Source: the human T2T-CHM13v2.0 reference genome, Homo sapiens. Taken from it: a stretch of DNA of 64,000 nt. Positions 28,478-41,218 of the stretch are shown piece by piece; position 1 is the stretch's first letter; every line of letters starts with the position of its first letter. Position numbers and translations under genes: made by a program. The DNA lies in the NCBI RefSeq assembly GCF_009914755.1, contig NC_060925.1; one strand, 5' to 3'. Under the pieces are notes generated by a model. That model saw nothing but the letters and a program-made list of their open reading frames with translations. It had not been told where the DNA came from and did no database searches.

Positions 28478-28734
28478 TTCTCTATAAAGAGGGTGCCTTA
28501 GTTTTCTAAACTGTGATCCTCAGATTTTGAGGTAATTTTTGCAGAGCCTCATAAATAAATTCAGACCCAAGTATTAAGAATTATTAATGAGGACAATGCC
28601 GTTTGGGTTTACTTCATGAAAAGAATTTTCAGTTAGTGCAGAAATGCTGATTTTTGCCCTCTGCCATATACGGTCAGGTATCTCCTTATTTAGAAATCAC
28701 AGAATATGAGAGTTAGGGCCTTACAGATCACTTA

Positions 28735-29078
28735 GCCTGCAGATCACAAAGAAACTGCCTGCAGGTGAAATTCAGCCCACATTCATATTTTGTTTGCCTT
28801 GCAGAAGTTTATTATTATTGTTATCAGACTAACATTAACCAGGAGGGTGCACACAACATATAGATTTCTTAGCATATTAAAAAAAAAATAAATCTGAAGC
28901 TTTCACAATGCTGAGCCAACATGCCTCTATGGTGACAACTGGCTGGGATTCAATAAATTTACACCCTTGTGGACAGGACATATGCACACTAGTTCCCCAA
29001 CAGTGACTTCTCATCCAGGCTGCCCCATTAGTATACATCAATTACCTGGACCTAAAAGCACTTGAGTTTATGACCTGT
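28735..29078 (+). mobile_element. hAT-Charlie element (Charlie4-like) nested in a MIR
   Basis: gctgagccaacatgcc...ggtgacaactggctgg...acttgagtttatgacctg. Confidence 0.55.
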
Positions 29079-29601
29079 AGATTCTGGTCCAACTTCTTCA
29101 TGTTACAGATGAAGACACTGGAGGCCAGAAATAGGAAGGGCCTTGCTCAAGGTCACACCACAAGTGAGGCGCTGAGACCAGGTCTCATTCCCAGGCCTCC
29201 CAACCTACGGGGTCACGGTCCTTTCCCACCTCTGGGGTTTCTCAAAATTAAGAATTGATCCTGACTCTTGCCTGTGCCTCTGTCAGAAAGCTTCAGTCCT
29301 TTCCTCCTTTACCCTAAGAGGCCAGTGTTCCCAGGCAGGTGGGAGGGCCACAAAGAGGTCCCAGACAGTGTAAAATGCAAGGAGAGGCTTTGGTGGTGGT
29401 GGTGGTTGGGAGTGGGGGGTGGGGTCGGGGAACAGAAAGAAGGGGAGAGGGGGCCCTCTACTAGTTCTTCTAGGGCCTTTTTCTTGGCTACTCCTGCTTT
29501 CCTAGGGCTAGTTTTGCTTCTCAGATCCTGATTTCTTGGGCTGATGGACAGAACTTGGAGAGCACAGTCAGAGAGACTTACTTTCTTAAAATTTCTGGGC
29601 C

Positions 29602-29999
<398 letters not shown>

Positions 30000-30529
30000 C
30001 TATTCGATAAGAAAAGCATTTGTGATTCATTTGCTTATTGACTGCCTACTAGATGTAGAATGTTTGGGGGTACAGCTATGCCTGAAACATGAGGATCCTA
30101 AATAAATGGCAGCAATTATTGGGGAGAAAAAGGAGACAGGCTTCTTGTTATCCTGTGGAGACTCTGTGCCTTTGGCCCTGAGGCCTCCACATTCCAACAG
30201 CTCTCCACCTAAGCCTGTGCTGCATATCTCGGCTGCACATTAAAATATCCTGGGCAGCGTTTAAAATCCTTGGTGCCCAGGCTCCTCCTAGAACAAGTAA
30301 ATCAGAATCCCCAGGGGTGGTGTCTGGTCATTAGTGCAGCACAGCTGGGAACCACTGTCATAAATCCTCTTCCTACCATGACACAGCCTAAAGCCGTTTG
30401 CTTTCCTAGGAGCCACGTTGGCCACACGCTTCCTTTGCTGCAACCCCACTCCTGCCCTTTGAGTCTGGACATATTAATGAAATTCCTCTGACCTTCTATT
30501 TCTTTTTCAGGAAAATAGGGGTGTAGGGG

Positions 30530-30860
30530 AGACAGTTGGTAGCCTAACCGGCATCTGTTAGCTCCTTTTTCCATCTAAGCAGAAGGCAGATTTTGGAAGC
30601 TGACCACCTCCAGGGGTGAATCTGATTGGCCCAACAGTTATTCAGTCAATCCTCTTTTGTCAGTGATTGGTTTAGGAACGAGACTGTGGACCGAACTCCG
30701 TTATATAAGATGTGAAAGGAGGCCTCTAGGAAAAGTTTTCTTGCTCTTGAAAAAGAGGAAGAAGACCATTGTGTGGTGTTTTGATTTGACATGTGGAACT
30801 GCTGCCGCCATCTTGTGACCAGCCTGAGGATGAAGGCGACACCGGGGCACAACATGTAAA
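30530..30860 (+). mobile_element. MLT1 (J/K/L-type) LTR fragment
   Basis: cagtgattggtttaggaa...ggaactgctgccgccatcttgtgaccagcctgaggatgaag. Confidence 0.65.
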
Positions 30861-31058
30861 GATGAATGTTGGTTAACTGGAGTTTTTATTCAATAGAAAA
30901 TTGAAGTGGCAAGCACGATGAGTAGAAGAGAACTAGAATTTACTGAGTCCCTATTATGTGCCAGACCCTCTGTTAAGTTCGGTATAATATGTGCCAGCTC
31001 ATGTAATTCTGACAACTGTGGTCTGGCATTAGAAAGTAATCAGTTAGACTCTATTGAT

Positions 31059-31360
31059 TTTTTTTTTTTTTTTTTTTTGAGATGGAGACTCCCTCTGTCT
31101 CCCACGCTGGAATGCAAAGGCGCGATCTAGGGTCACTGCAACCTCCTCCTCTGGGGTTCAAGCGATTCTCCTGCCTCAGCCTCCTGAGTAGCTGGGATTA
31201 CAGGTGCCTGCTGCCACGCCCAGCTAATTTTTGTATTTTTAGTAGAGATGGGGTTTCACCATGTTGGCCAGGCTGGTCTTGAATTCCTGACCTCAGGTGA
31301 TACACCCGCCTTGGCCTACCAAAGTGCTGAGATTACAGGGCTAAGCCACCGTGCCCGGCC
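31059..31360 (-). mobile_element. AluSx-like
   Basis: Full length; TSD gactct(a/g)ttgatttt. Confidence 0.95.
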
Positions 31361-31671
31361 GACTCTGTTGATTTTTCTTTTAGCTCTGACACTTAGGCAA
31401 ATGCTTTCATCTCTCTAAACCTCAGTTTTCTCATCTGTGAGATAGAAATGATAGAATATATGCATTATGTGGTTGTTAGAAGAATTAAATGAAATAATGC
31501 TTGTAAATAATGCATGTAAATAATCTAGTAAATAATTAGGACCCAATGAAAACCAGGTGTTACATATGTTTATCAACCTGTAAGGCAGGTTATTAGTTTT
31601 ATTATTATTGTTATTGTACTTTTTACATATGAATGGAATAAGAATTACAAGACCCAAGTGGACTTGCCTAA

Positions 31672-32083
<412 letters not shown>

Positions 32084-32187
32084 TGAAAAAGAGAAGCTGA
32101 GTCTGAGGCATGGGTGTGACCCAGAGGCTGAGAAAAGCAAGGAACCCTCTTCAGCCTGACATACTTTAGGCTTGCAAAGAATAAAGG

Positions 32188-32570
32188 CTCATAGGATAAT
32201 AGAATCTCAAGATCCAAAGAACCCTTAGAGATCATACAAGTATAACCCAACCCCATCCATGCTGAAATTCCTCTTTGCCTACCTTTTGAGATGGGGACTT
32301 CCAACTCTCCAGAGTGGGGCAACTCTGTTGAAAAGTTCTACCATTCCTTGAGATTACATTTGCATTTGCCTCCTTTGAAGTTCCACCCATTGGTCCTAAT
32401 TGTAGCCTCTAGGGAAAGAAAGAACAACGCTCATTCCTTTGCTACATGGCTGGCTGCCCTTTGGAAGCATGGTGATGAGAGCTCACTTCACCTTGAGTCT
32501 CCTTCTCACCTTCAAGCTGCTCCATCATGCAGCTTTCTCAACTGGTCCTCAAACAATACTGTTTCCAACT
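32188..32570 (-). mobile_element. L3/CR1 3' fragment
   Basis: tcataggataatagaatctcaaga...cccttagagatcat...gaagttccacccattggtccta. Confidence 0.6.
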
Positions 32571-32623
32571 CCACCACCATCCTGACCCTTCTTTTACTCC
32601 ACCACCATCCTGACCCTTCTTTT
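32568..32623. repeat. 28-bp perfect tandem duplication
   Basis: actccaccaccatcctgacccttctttt twice. Confidence 0.9.
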
Positions 32624-32776
32624 GCTATGGAGGGATAGAAATGGAATCAACAATTGCAGAAGGGTTTCCTAACAATCAGAGCAGTTCCCCAATAGACCAA
32701 GTGGTCAGTTTGAAACATTATTGTTTATATGTAAATTATACTTTTAAGAAGTCACAGGGGGGAAACTATTACCTAA

Positions 32777-33215
32777 TGTGGTGGGCATCTGTTTTTGTTT
32801 GTCCAACATCCATTTCATTTCTTTTGGGATTAAGATTAAAACTCCCTTGGGTGAACAACCAAAGTCATTTGGATACAGTCTGGATGAAACAGTTAGCAAG
32901 GTGCCCTACTGTCCCCTAGCCATAGGCAGAAATATGGTCCTCACTGGGCTGGCCAGATCTTCCTTCCCTAGTTGGACAGGAATTAGGGTGGATGGTTTGA
33001 ACTCATGGGTTGTCAAAAGGGCAACCGGATTAGCCTGCTCATAGTTCCTGTGGAACCCCTAGAGCCACTTCTGTCCTCCTCCCGGCTTCCTAAGCTTGGC
33101 TCCCAGCTTTCCTTTTGAACTTTTGAATTCCCCCATATATTCCCAGCATGTTTCCTTTCTGGTATATATTCATCAGATGTAATTTCTGTTGCTTACAGCT
33201 AAAGACCTTTGATTT
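32777..33215 (+). mobile_element. Old MLT1-family LTR
   Basis: tgtggtgggcatctg start; tttctgttgcttacagctaaagacc end. Confidence 0.5.
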
Positions 33216-34439
33216 ATTTGGTAATAGAATAAAGGGCAAATAACATGATGGAATTTTGATAAAGCAGACTCAAAAACATAGGAAAAAATAAATACAGAAT
33301 TTACTTAATCTCTATTATATTATCTTATGTTATAAATGTATGATGAATATTTTTTATGTTAATAATATTTTTAAAAATTAACTTTTATTATAAAAGAGCA
33401 TGTGCTCATTATAGAAAATTTGGAAAACATATAATAGAAAGTGATATATTACCTATATAAAATTATTACTTGACTGCCAAAAGTCTGAGTCTATGCCCAG
33501 GGCAGAATTTACGCCACTCCATACTAGCCTGGCTTTTTGGTTACCTTTTGGTCTGTTTTTATTTCACTGGGAATGTGGGCCAGTGCTTATTTTCACAGCC
33601 AAGTTAATTAATGAGAAAATCCTCAGACTTTCCATTTATCACTTCCAAACACCCACTTTTGATGAGTCAGTTGCCATTTGGACAATATAGGATAATTTTC
33701 AAATTCATTACAACAGGACAACAATACAGCCCATTTCTTACTCATGTTATCTCCAAGGGATTCTGACTTCATTAATCTTTGGACCACCACTCTCAAACAG
33801 GGAAGGGACATTAATCACAGTTCTCCAGTGGGGGAGCAACAGGACCCGGAGAGAGCAAGTGGTTTGTCATTTATAGAGAAGTGCTGGAGTAATTGGAACT
33901 ATATATCCAGCTTGGAGTCTTTCTAAAAAAAAAATTTTTTTTGCTATTAGACAATCAATCAACCATGTTTATATATTTAGTAGATACCTAATATATGCTA
34001 TGAGTACTTAAATGTACGCAAAATACAAACAACTGTGGGTTATAGCTCTTATCCCCTTACAGTCCAAGGAGCAAGGAAAGACAAATCTGTTAGAAAAAAC
34101 ATAGTAGCACAGATATGATACTGTGTTGTTCATTAAGTATAAAGCTGCTGCTGTTTTGTTCTTTGAACACAGTATAAAATCTAATTCCTTGGCTTTTATA
34201 TCTTTTCTCTGCTTATGCAAATACTTGTTAGTATCTGTCATACACAAGGCTCTTTAACACACATCTCCTCTTTACATGATCACAACCACCGGGTGAAGGA
34301 GGCACTCCCATTTCATCCTACAGATGAGGGTGTGGCAGTGACAAAGCAGGTATGCCCTCTCCCTTCTCTCTCCCTGGGCTTTTCCTGGCTCCTCTTGGGC
34401 ATCCCCACGGCCTTATCACCACTGCGTTCATGTGTCCCA

Positions 34440-35160
34440 CATCTCTCTCTTAGCCTGGCTCTTTCTCCCTCTGCTGAACTTGAGAGTCGTAACCAAGTAA
34501 CACTAGACAACTCCACCTAGAGTTTCTGCAGGCATATGAAACTCAATATGCCTTAGACCAAAGACATCTCTTTTCCTTCTCCAAACCTATTGCTCTTGTT
34601 TTGTTTTTAGTCCTGGAAAATACTGTCATCCACTGACACTCTAGCCAGAATCCTGAGAATCAGCCTAGATGCCTCCCTCCCCAGTGGACTCTTTTTCCAT
34701 TCATTCAGCTATGATTGCTACTTCCTAAGTGTACCTCGAAACCTCCCCCTTCTCTCCATGTCCACCAGAATGATCCTGGCCCAGGCTCTCACCCTTTATC
34801 TGCTGCTTGTTGCATCAGCCTGTCTCTTCTTGTCCACTATCCACCTCTCTGTAATTCATCCTCTATGCAACAGAGAAAGGGGTCTTCTATAAGAGATGCA
34901 AATATGATCATGGCAGTCACCTATGCAATGGCTCCCCAGTGCCCTGGGTACAAAGACCAAACTTTTAAGCATGACATATAAGTCCTTTAGGATTTATTTT
35001 CAGTCTGCCTCTGAACCTCTCACCTTCTTACTTTGGCCTATTTTTTTTTTTTTCTGCCTGGAACTTTTTTTCACTTTCTTCATCACCTAACGAACTCCCA
35101 TTCATCTGTCAAGAGCCGGCTCAGGTGCCATCTCCTGTAGGAAGCCTTCCCTGACCTCCA
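34440..35160 (+). mobile_element. L2 fragment
   Basis: ctagacaactccacctag...aaactcaatatg...ctcaggtgccatctcctgtaggaagccttccctgacc. Confidence 0.75.
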
Positions 35161-35169
35161 AGATGGAAA

Positions 35170-35508
35170 AAATTTGGGAGGCAGGTGAGTGAAGGCAGGG
35201 TTTGATTCCCCTGACATCTTCTTTGTATGGTCATGCTGGTCTGGCTGTGACCGTCAACTGTCAGTCACTCTTCCTCTTATGCTGATCTTCTCGACACTAC
35301 TCTTCCCTTCTAGGTTCCCATAGCCAATTCCCTCTGTAATTCTTTTGAATGTTAGCACCACTGCTGCTAGCCCTGGGTTCCTGCACAGCCCTTATGAGTC
35401 ACCTGCATCCCACCCACATCCTTGTAAACACTCCCTTTGTAATAAACTTTCTTAGAATTATCCTAATATGGGTGTTCCATAGGTTTCCTATCAGGACCCT
35501 GTCTGATC
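35170..35508 (+). mobile_element. ERVL LTR 3' part (LTR33/LTR41-like)
   Basis: aataaac...aattatcctaatatgggtgttccataggtttcctatcaggaccctgtctgat. Confidence 0.5.
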
Positions 35509-35727
35509 CACCAATATTTTGCAACCAGAATCATATAGTCTTCTGTTAACATTTCAAAGCTACATCATCTTCATTTCTGATTGATCTTTCATTGACCTTG
35601 GTTTGTAACTCTTTAACCTAAAAGTGAGGGCAAAATAGTTTTTCTATCCCATTTGCCAAGAGAATGAAAAAGCTATTAAAATACACTACCTTTATTTCCA
35701 GGACATAGATCTTATCACAAGAATCAT

Positions 35728-35858
35728 GGCCAGGCACAGTAGCTCACACCTGTAATCCTAGCAGTCTGAGGTAGGAGGATTACTTGAGGCCAGGAATCAG
35801 AGACCAGCCTGGGCAACATAGCAAGACACTGTGTTTACAAGAAAATTATAAAAAGAAA
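35728..35858 (+). mobile_element. FLAM / free left Alu monomer
   Basis: Single monomer plus A tail; TSD aagaatcat. Confidence 0.85.
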
Positions 35859-36211
35859 AAGAATCATAAAAAACTACTAACAGATCTATCTATTCATTAG
35901 ACTGTGTGCACCATGAGGGCAGGAATTGGGTCTTTTTCACCATTTATTCCCAAAGCCCAGCCCTGGAATACAGTAGACACTCAGTAATAGTCAATTAATG
36001 AACAGATCACTAGTAAGCCTTTAAAATATTTGTAGAATAAATGAATGAATACCTGGATGGAGAAAGAGTTGATATCCCAAACCTGTAAGTCTTAGGAACT
36101 CTGGTTGTTAACAAGTGAGCTCCCTTTTTTATTTTGTCCCCATGCCAGGATACTGAAGTGTTATTTTGGTAGAATTGGCAATTTTCTGAAAGAAGTTGAA
36201 AATATCTTTCT

Positions 36212-37040
36212 TGGGTTGGGCAAAGTGGCTCACCCGTATAATCCAAACACTATGGGAGGCTGAGGGAGGAGGATCACTTGAGGCCAAGAGTGGGTTGGGC
36301 AAAGTGGCTCACCCATATAATCCAAACACTATGGGAGGCTGAGGCAGGAGGATCACTTGAGGCCAAGAGTCGGAGAACAGCCTGGGAAATAGAGTGAGCC
36401 CCGTCTCTACACAAATAAACTAGCCCCTGGCACCATAGCAGCCTGAGGGCGCCTGGGCCCAGTCCAGGAAGCTAAACAGGGTCGGGCCCAGTGGGAGCTT
36501 GGAAGGGGAGCCGCCTGGGGAGCCCAGGGGCTAGAGGCTTTTGCTGGGGGAGGTGTGAGCCACCTGTAATCCCAGCACTTTGGGAGGCAGAGGCAGGTGG
36601 ATCACCTGAGGTCGGGAGTTCGAGACCAGCCTGACCAACATGGAGAAACCCCATCTCTACTAAAAATACAAAATTAGCCTGGTGTGGTGGTGCATGCCTG
36701 TAATCCCAGCTACTCGGGAGGCTGAGGCAGGAGAATCACTTGAACCCGGGAGGTGGAAGGGAGGCGGAGCTTGCAGTGACCCGAGATTGTGCCATTGCAC
36801 TCTACCCTGGGCAACAAGAGCAAGACTCTGTCTCAAAAAAAAAAAAATAAATGAATAAATAAAAATAAACTAGCTGGGTATGGTGGTGGGTGCCTGTAGT
36901 CCCAGTTACTCCTGCTGAGGCAGGAATATTGCTTGAGCCCAAAAGTTGGAGGGTGCAGTGAGCTATGATCACACAACTGCACTCCAGCCTGGGCAACGGA
37001 GCAAGACCTTGTCTCTAAAAAAAAAAGAAAGAGAAAGAAA
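36212..37040 (+). mobile_element. AluJ with duplicated 5' end and a nested chimeric AluSp in its linker
   Basis: Left arm 36212-36424, right arm 36875-37017; insert flanked by aaataaactagc. Confidence 0.88.
36561..36862 (+). mobile_element. AluSp (nested)
   Basis: gtcgggagttcgagaccagcctgaccaacatggagaaaccc diagnostics. Confidence 0.92.
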
Positions 37041-40000
37041 AGATGTATTCTATTCAAGGTGTCTCTGGAACACATACTTGGAGAAAGAACACTGCTGGAG
37101 TAGAACCACTAACCATGCTGTCACTCCCATCTTCTCCCTGACCCCCCTTGTCCCACCCCTTCAGATTTGACAACTCTGTAGGAAACCAATTTGCTGTTAA
37201 TCACAAGGGAGTTTTATTTACTCTGCTGAAAGAATTGAAAAGCAGTCATTTTTATTAGCACCACAGCTGGTTCTTCCATCATGGAAGAAATACAATTATG
37301 CGTCTTCCTATGGCTGAATGCAGACAGCTACAACCTCATTATTCATTCTGGTAGGAAGCAGGCCTTTATAATGAGCAGAGGGAAAAATGTGCCCCAGTCT
37401 CATTTGTAAAAGGAACAAATCTTAGTTCCTCGAATGACATTGCCACTGTCACCATAAAAAAAGGCTTTTTATTTGTTTGGTTATGTAATAGGGTGCTATC
37501 ACTTTGGAGGCAGAACCAAAGGCAGTCATTATGATGTAGTGGAAAGAGGGTAGGCTCTGGCATCAGGCCAGCCTGGGTTCAAATTCTGGCCCTGTTTCTT
37601 ATCAGCTGTGAATAGGGAGCCCATTAGTTCTTCTGAACCTCCGTTTTCTTATTTGTAAATTGGAACGAGTAATAGAACAGCTTCGCAGGGTGGTGGCAAA
37701 GATTAGAGATTAAATTCCTACATGTGGCATCCAGCACCTGTGATAACATGATCTGCCTCTGCCTACCTCTCCAGCTTCATCTCCCACCCCTCAAACCTGG
37801 CATTTCTGCTGCAGCCGAACTTGCCATACTTGCCCATGCTCCCCTGACTTTGCTTATGTTGCCCCCTCTGCCTGAGTCACATGCCCTTTTCATTTCCCTT
37901 GTTCCTCTGGCAAACTTCTTTTCTTAAAAGAAGTCTTCTTCTTAGTCCCTCCCCTAGACAGGCACTGGCACCCCCTTTCTGTTTTTGTCACCCTTTGGAC
38001 ACACCTCACTATAGGAAGTGGCCGTGCATTACAATGGACTTGTCTGCTTACATATCTACACCAAGCATCAGTCTGTAAGCTGCTTAAGAAGTAAGAACTG
38101 TGTGCCTGACTTACATGTCTACTGCTGACACTGTACCAGGCAGAACTGGTGGTCAGGAAATGATTTACCGAATGAACAAATGAATCAATGAAGACTTGGG
38201 TAAAGCACTTACTGCCCTGTGTGAATCCAGCAGGCACTGTTGATTGTTAAACCACTGTCAACTCATTCCCTTGAAAATTCTCACCAAAGAGGCACCCCAG
38301 CTGGTTAGAGAAGTGGAGAGCCTGGTTACCCAGTTTGGGGCAATGAGTCATTGGAGGGAGTCTATTGAGGAGGTATTTGAGTTTCTCTTACTTGTCCTCA
38401 GACATCCCAACTGGATCTTGGTATAGAATATTCAATTCTAAAGGTGAATTTACCTTTATCCATCCTCATCTCTTGATGCAATTAGCAAAGTATGGCATCA
38501 TTTGGAGTCAGACAAATGAGAGTTTGAACTTAATCTCCATTACCTTGTTTCCTACAACAAGAGATGACATGGCATGATGGTTAAGAATACTGTCCTGGGA
38601 ACCAGACGGCCTGGGCTTGAGTGTTGGCTCCATTTTGAAGTTGTTGGACCTTGGGCAAATAATCTGTAAAATCAGAATCATAATTGTACCTGCCTCATAG
38701 GGTTAAACAGAATCATGAATATAAAGTACTTAGAATAAAGTCTGACACATAGTTAGGGCTGTATTAATGTCAGCACTATTTTTATTAATAATACCAGTTG
38801 TGTAACCATAGGCAATTTCATATGTTCTCTGAGATTTGGTTTGAACATCTAGAAAATGATGGTTAAAATGCCTCTGTAGCAGGATTGTGGTGAGGGTGTT
38901 AATTCATGTGCGTGGAGCATCGAGAACCGCACTGGCATGTGGCCACAGCTGGGCAAAGAGGGAAGAAAGACCATGACAAACTTTGGGACTTGGATAAACT
39001 GTGCTCTCACCTTTGCTCCTTGTGTACCCCCGGTCTTGTCCTCCTGCTCAAGGCCAATGGCAGCCCCTGAGGTCTGGACCCCTCCCCTTCTGCTTTCTCA
39101 GGGACCTTGTGCTATCAATTAAGCTCCTATCCCTTCAACCTTTTCCACTTGGCTTGCTTCTCCTCAAAAGCATTTAAATAGGCTCTGGTCTTTTCTAACT
39201 TAGAACACCACCTTCAAAAAAAATCAACTCTTCCCCCACTGTCCCATTCTTTCTCCCTCAATTTTTTCACAGCCAAACTCCTTGCAGTATTTGTCTACAC
39301 AACCTGTCTCTACTTCCTCACCTCCCACTCAATCCTCCTGATGGTGCAGCCTTTAAAAATCGTGTTGAATACTTGGAGTCTGGAAGAAGCAAGGTAAAGA
39401 GAGCAAAGGTTATTTTCACCCTGAAGAGACAGCCTTTAGAGAAGTACAGCCAGGGAGTGATCGAGTCCCCTAACAAAGACACTTTGGTGAACCAAGAATG
39501 GGATGGCCCCGACTAGAGTTGGTCTTCACTGCCAGATGTCCAATCTATCTTCACAGCACATTGGGCAGAACCCACAGTTCTCTCATCTCATGACATACAT
39601 GCATGCAGATCCCTCCTGAATTATGAGCCCTTTTCCTGGCAGCACCAGACTCCAGATCAAGCCTAGTACAGCCAGAGCCAGTCTCTCTGTGCCCTTCCAA
39701 TCAACAGCCTTCTCTGCAATAAGGAGGGGACCCATGGCTTCAGTGAGGCCCAAGCAATACCAAGAAGAGAAGAAGGATATGAAGGTAAAACATCTACGGA
39801 GTTGTAAGTTTCTAATTTTTTTTCTGTGTTTTCCTTTTCTTCTGCTTTATAATCATTTATAATGAGGAAAGGCCAGGATCAGATGCCATTAACTTCACTC
39901 TAATATTGTCCACTTGGGAGGTCACCCAGGAACACCTGAAATGCCATACCTAACAGCTCCAAAAGATGATAGGTAGTGTTTGAGAAGCAAATGCTACAGA

Positions 40001-40350
40001 GCTCTGCACATTCAAGAGCTCATTTAATTTTTTTAACAAATATATGAGGCAAGGGCCCTTGCCCACCCCATTTACAAATAAAGAGACTGATATTTAGGGT
40101 CAGCAGCATCTACCCTCTGCAGGGCCAACCATATGTCAGGTACTGACCTAGCTGAATACTTTGAAAACAATCCTCACAGCCACAGCTTTATAGACAAGTG
40201 TTATTGCCCCTTCTTTGCAGATGAAGAGCATAGGATTTGGTACCAGACAAGGCTGGGCCTAGTACTTACTAATTAGATGGGTGACCTTGGGTGACCTTCT
40301 TAAGTTCACCCAAATATATAAAGTTTACCATCTATAAAATATCAGGGCTA

Positions 40351-40649
40351 GGCTGGGCATGGTGGCTCATGCCTGTAATCCCAGCACTTTGGGAGGCCAA
40401 GGTGGGTGGATCACGTGGTCAGGAGTTGGAGACCAACCTGGCCAACATGGTGGAACCCCGTCTCTACTAAGAATACAAAAATTAGCCGGGCATAGTGGCA
40501 TGTGCCTGTAATCCCAGCTACTTGGGAGGCTGGGGCAGAAGAATCGCCTGACCCAGGAGACAGAGATTGCAGTGAGATGAGATTGTGCCACTGCACTCCG
40601 GCCTGGGCAACAGAGTGAGACTCCGTCTCAAAAAAAAAAAAAAAAAAAA
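40351..40649 (+). mobile_element. AluS
   Basis: Full length; TSD atcagggcta. Confidence 0.93.
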
Positions 40650-40882
40650 AAAATCAGGGCTAAATTGAATGAGCTGAAAGGTCCGTTCTGACAGAACTCT
40701 CTTCAACCTAATAATTGCTAAGTATCTCCTCATAACTCCCAAATGTTAGTGTCAGCTCTATATACTGGAGTCACAGAAAACAAGTTCTTTCAGTTTTAGG
40801 AGAGGAAATAAAGTGGGTGGAGAAAAAGAACTGGATGGTCTGTAGCTGCCATTCTGTTTCCTTTTCACTAGGTTGTTCTTAG

Positions 40883-41218
<336 letters not shown>

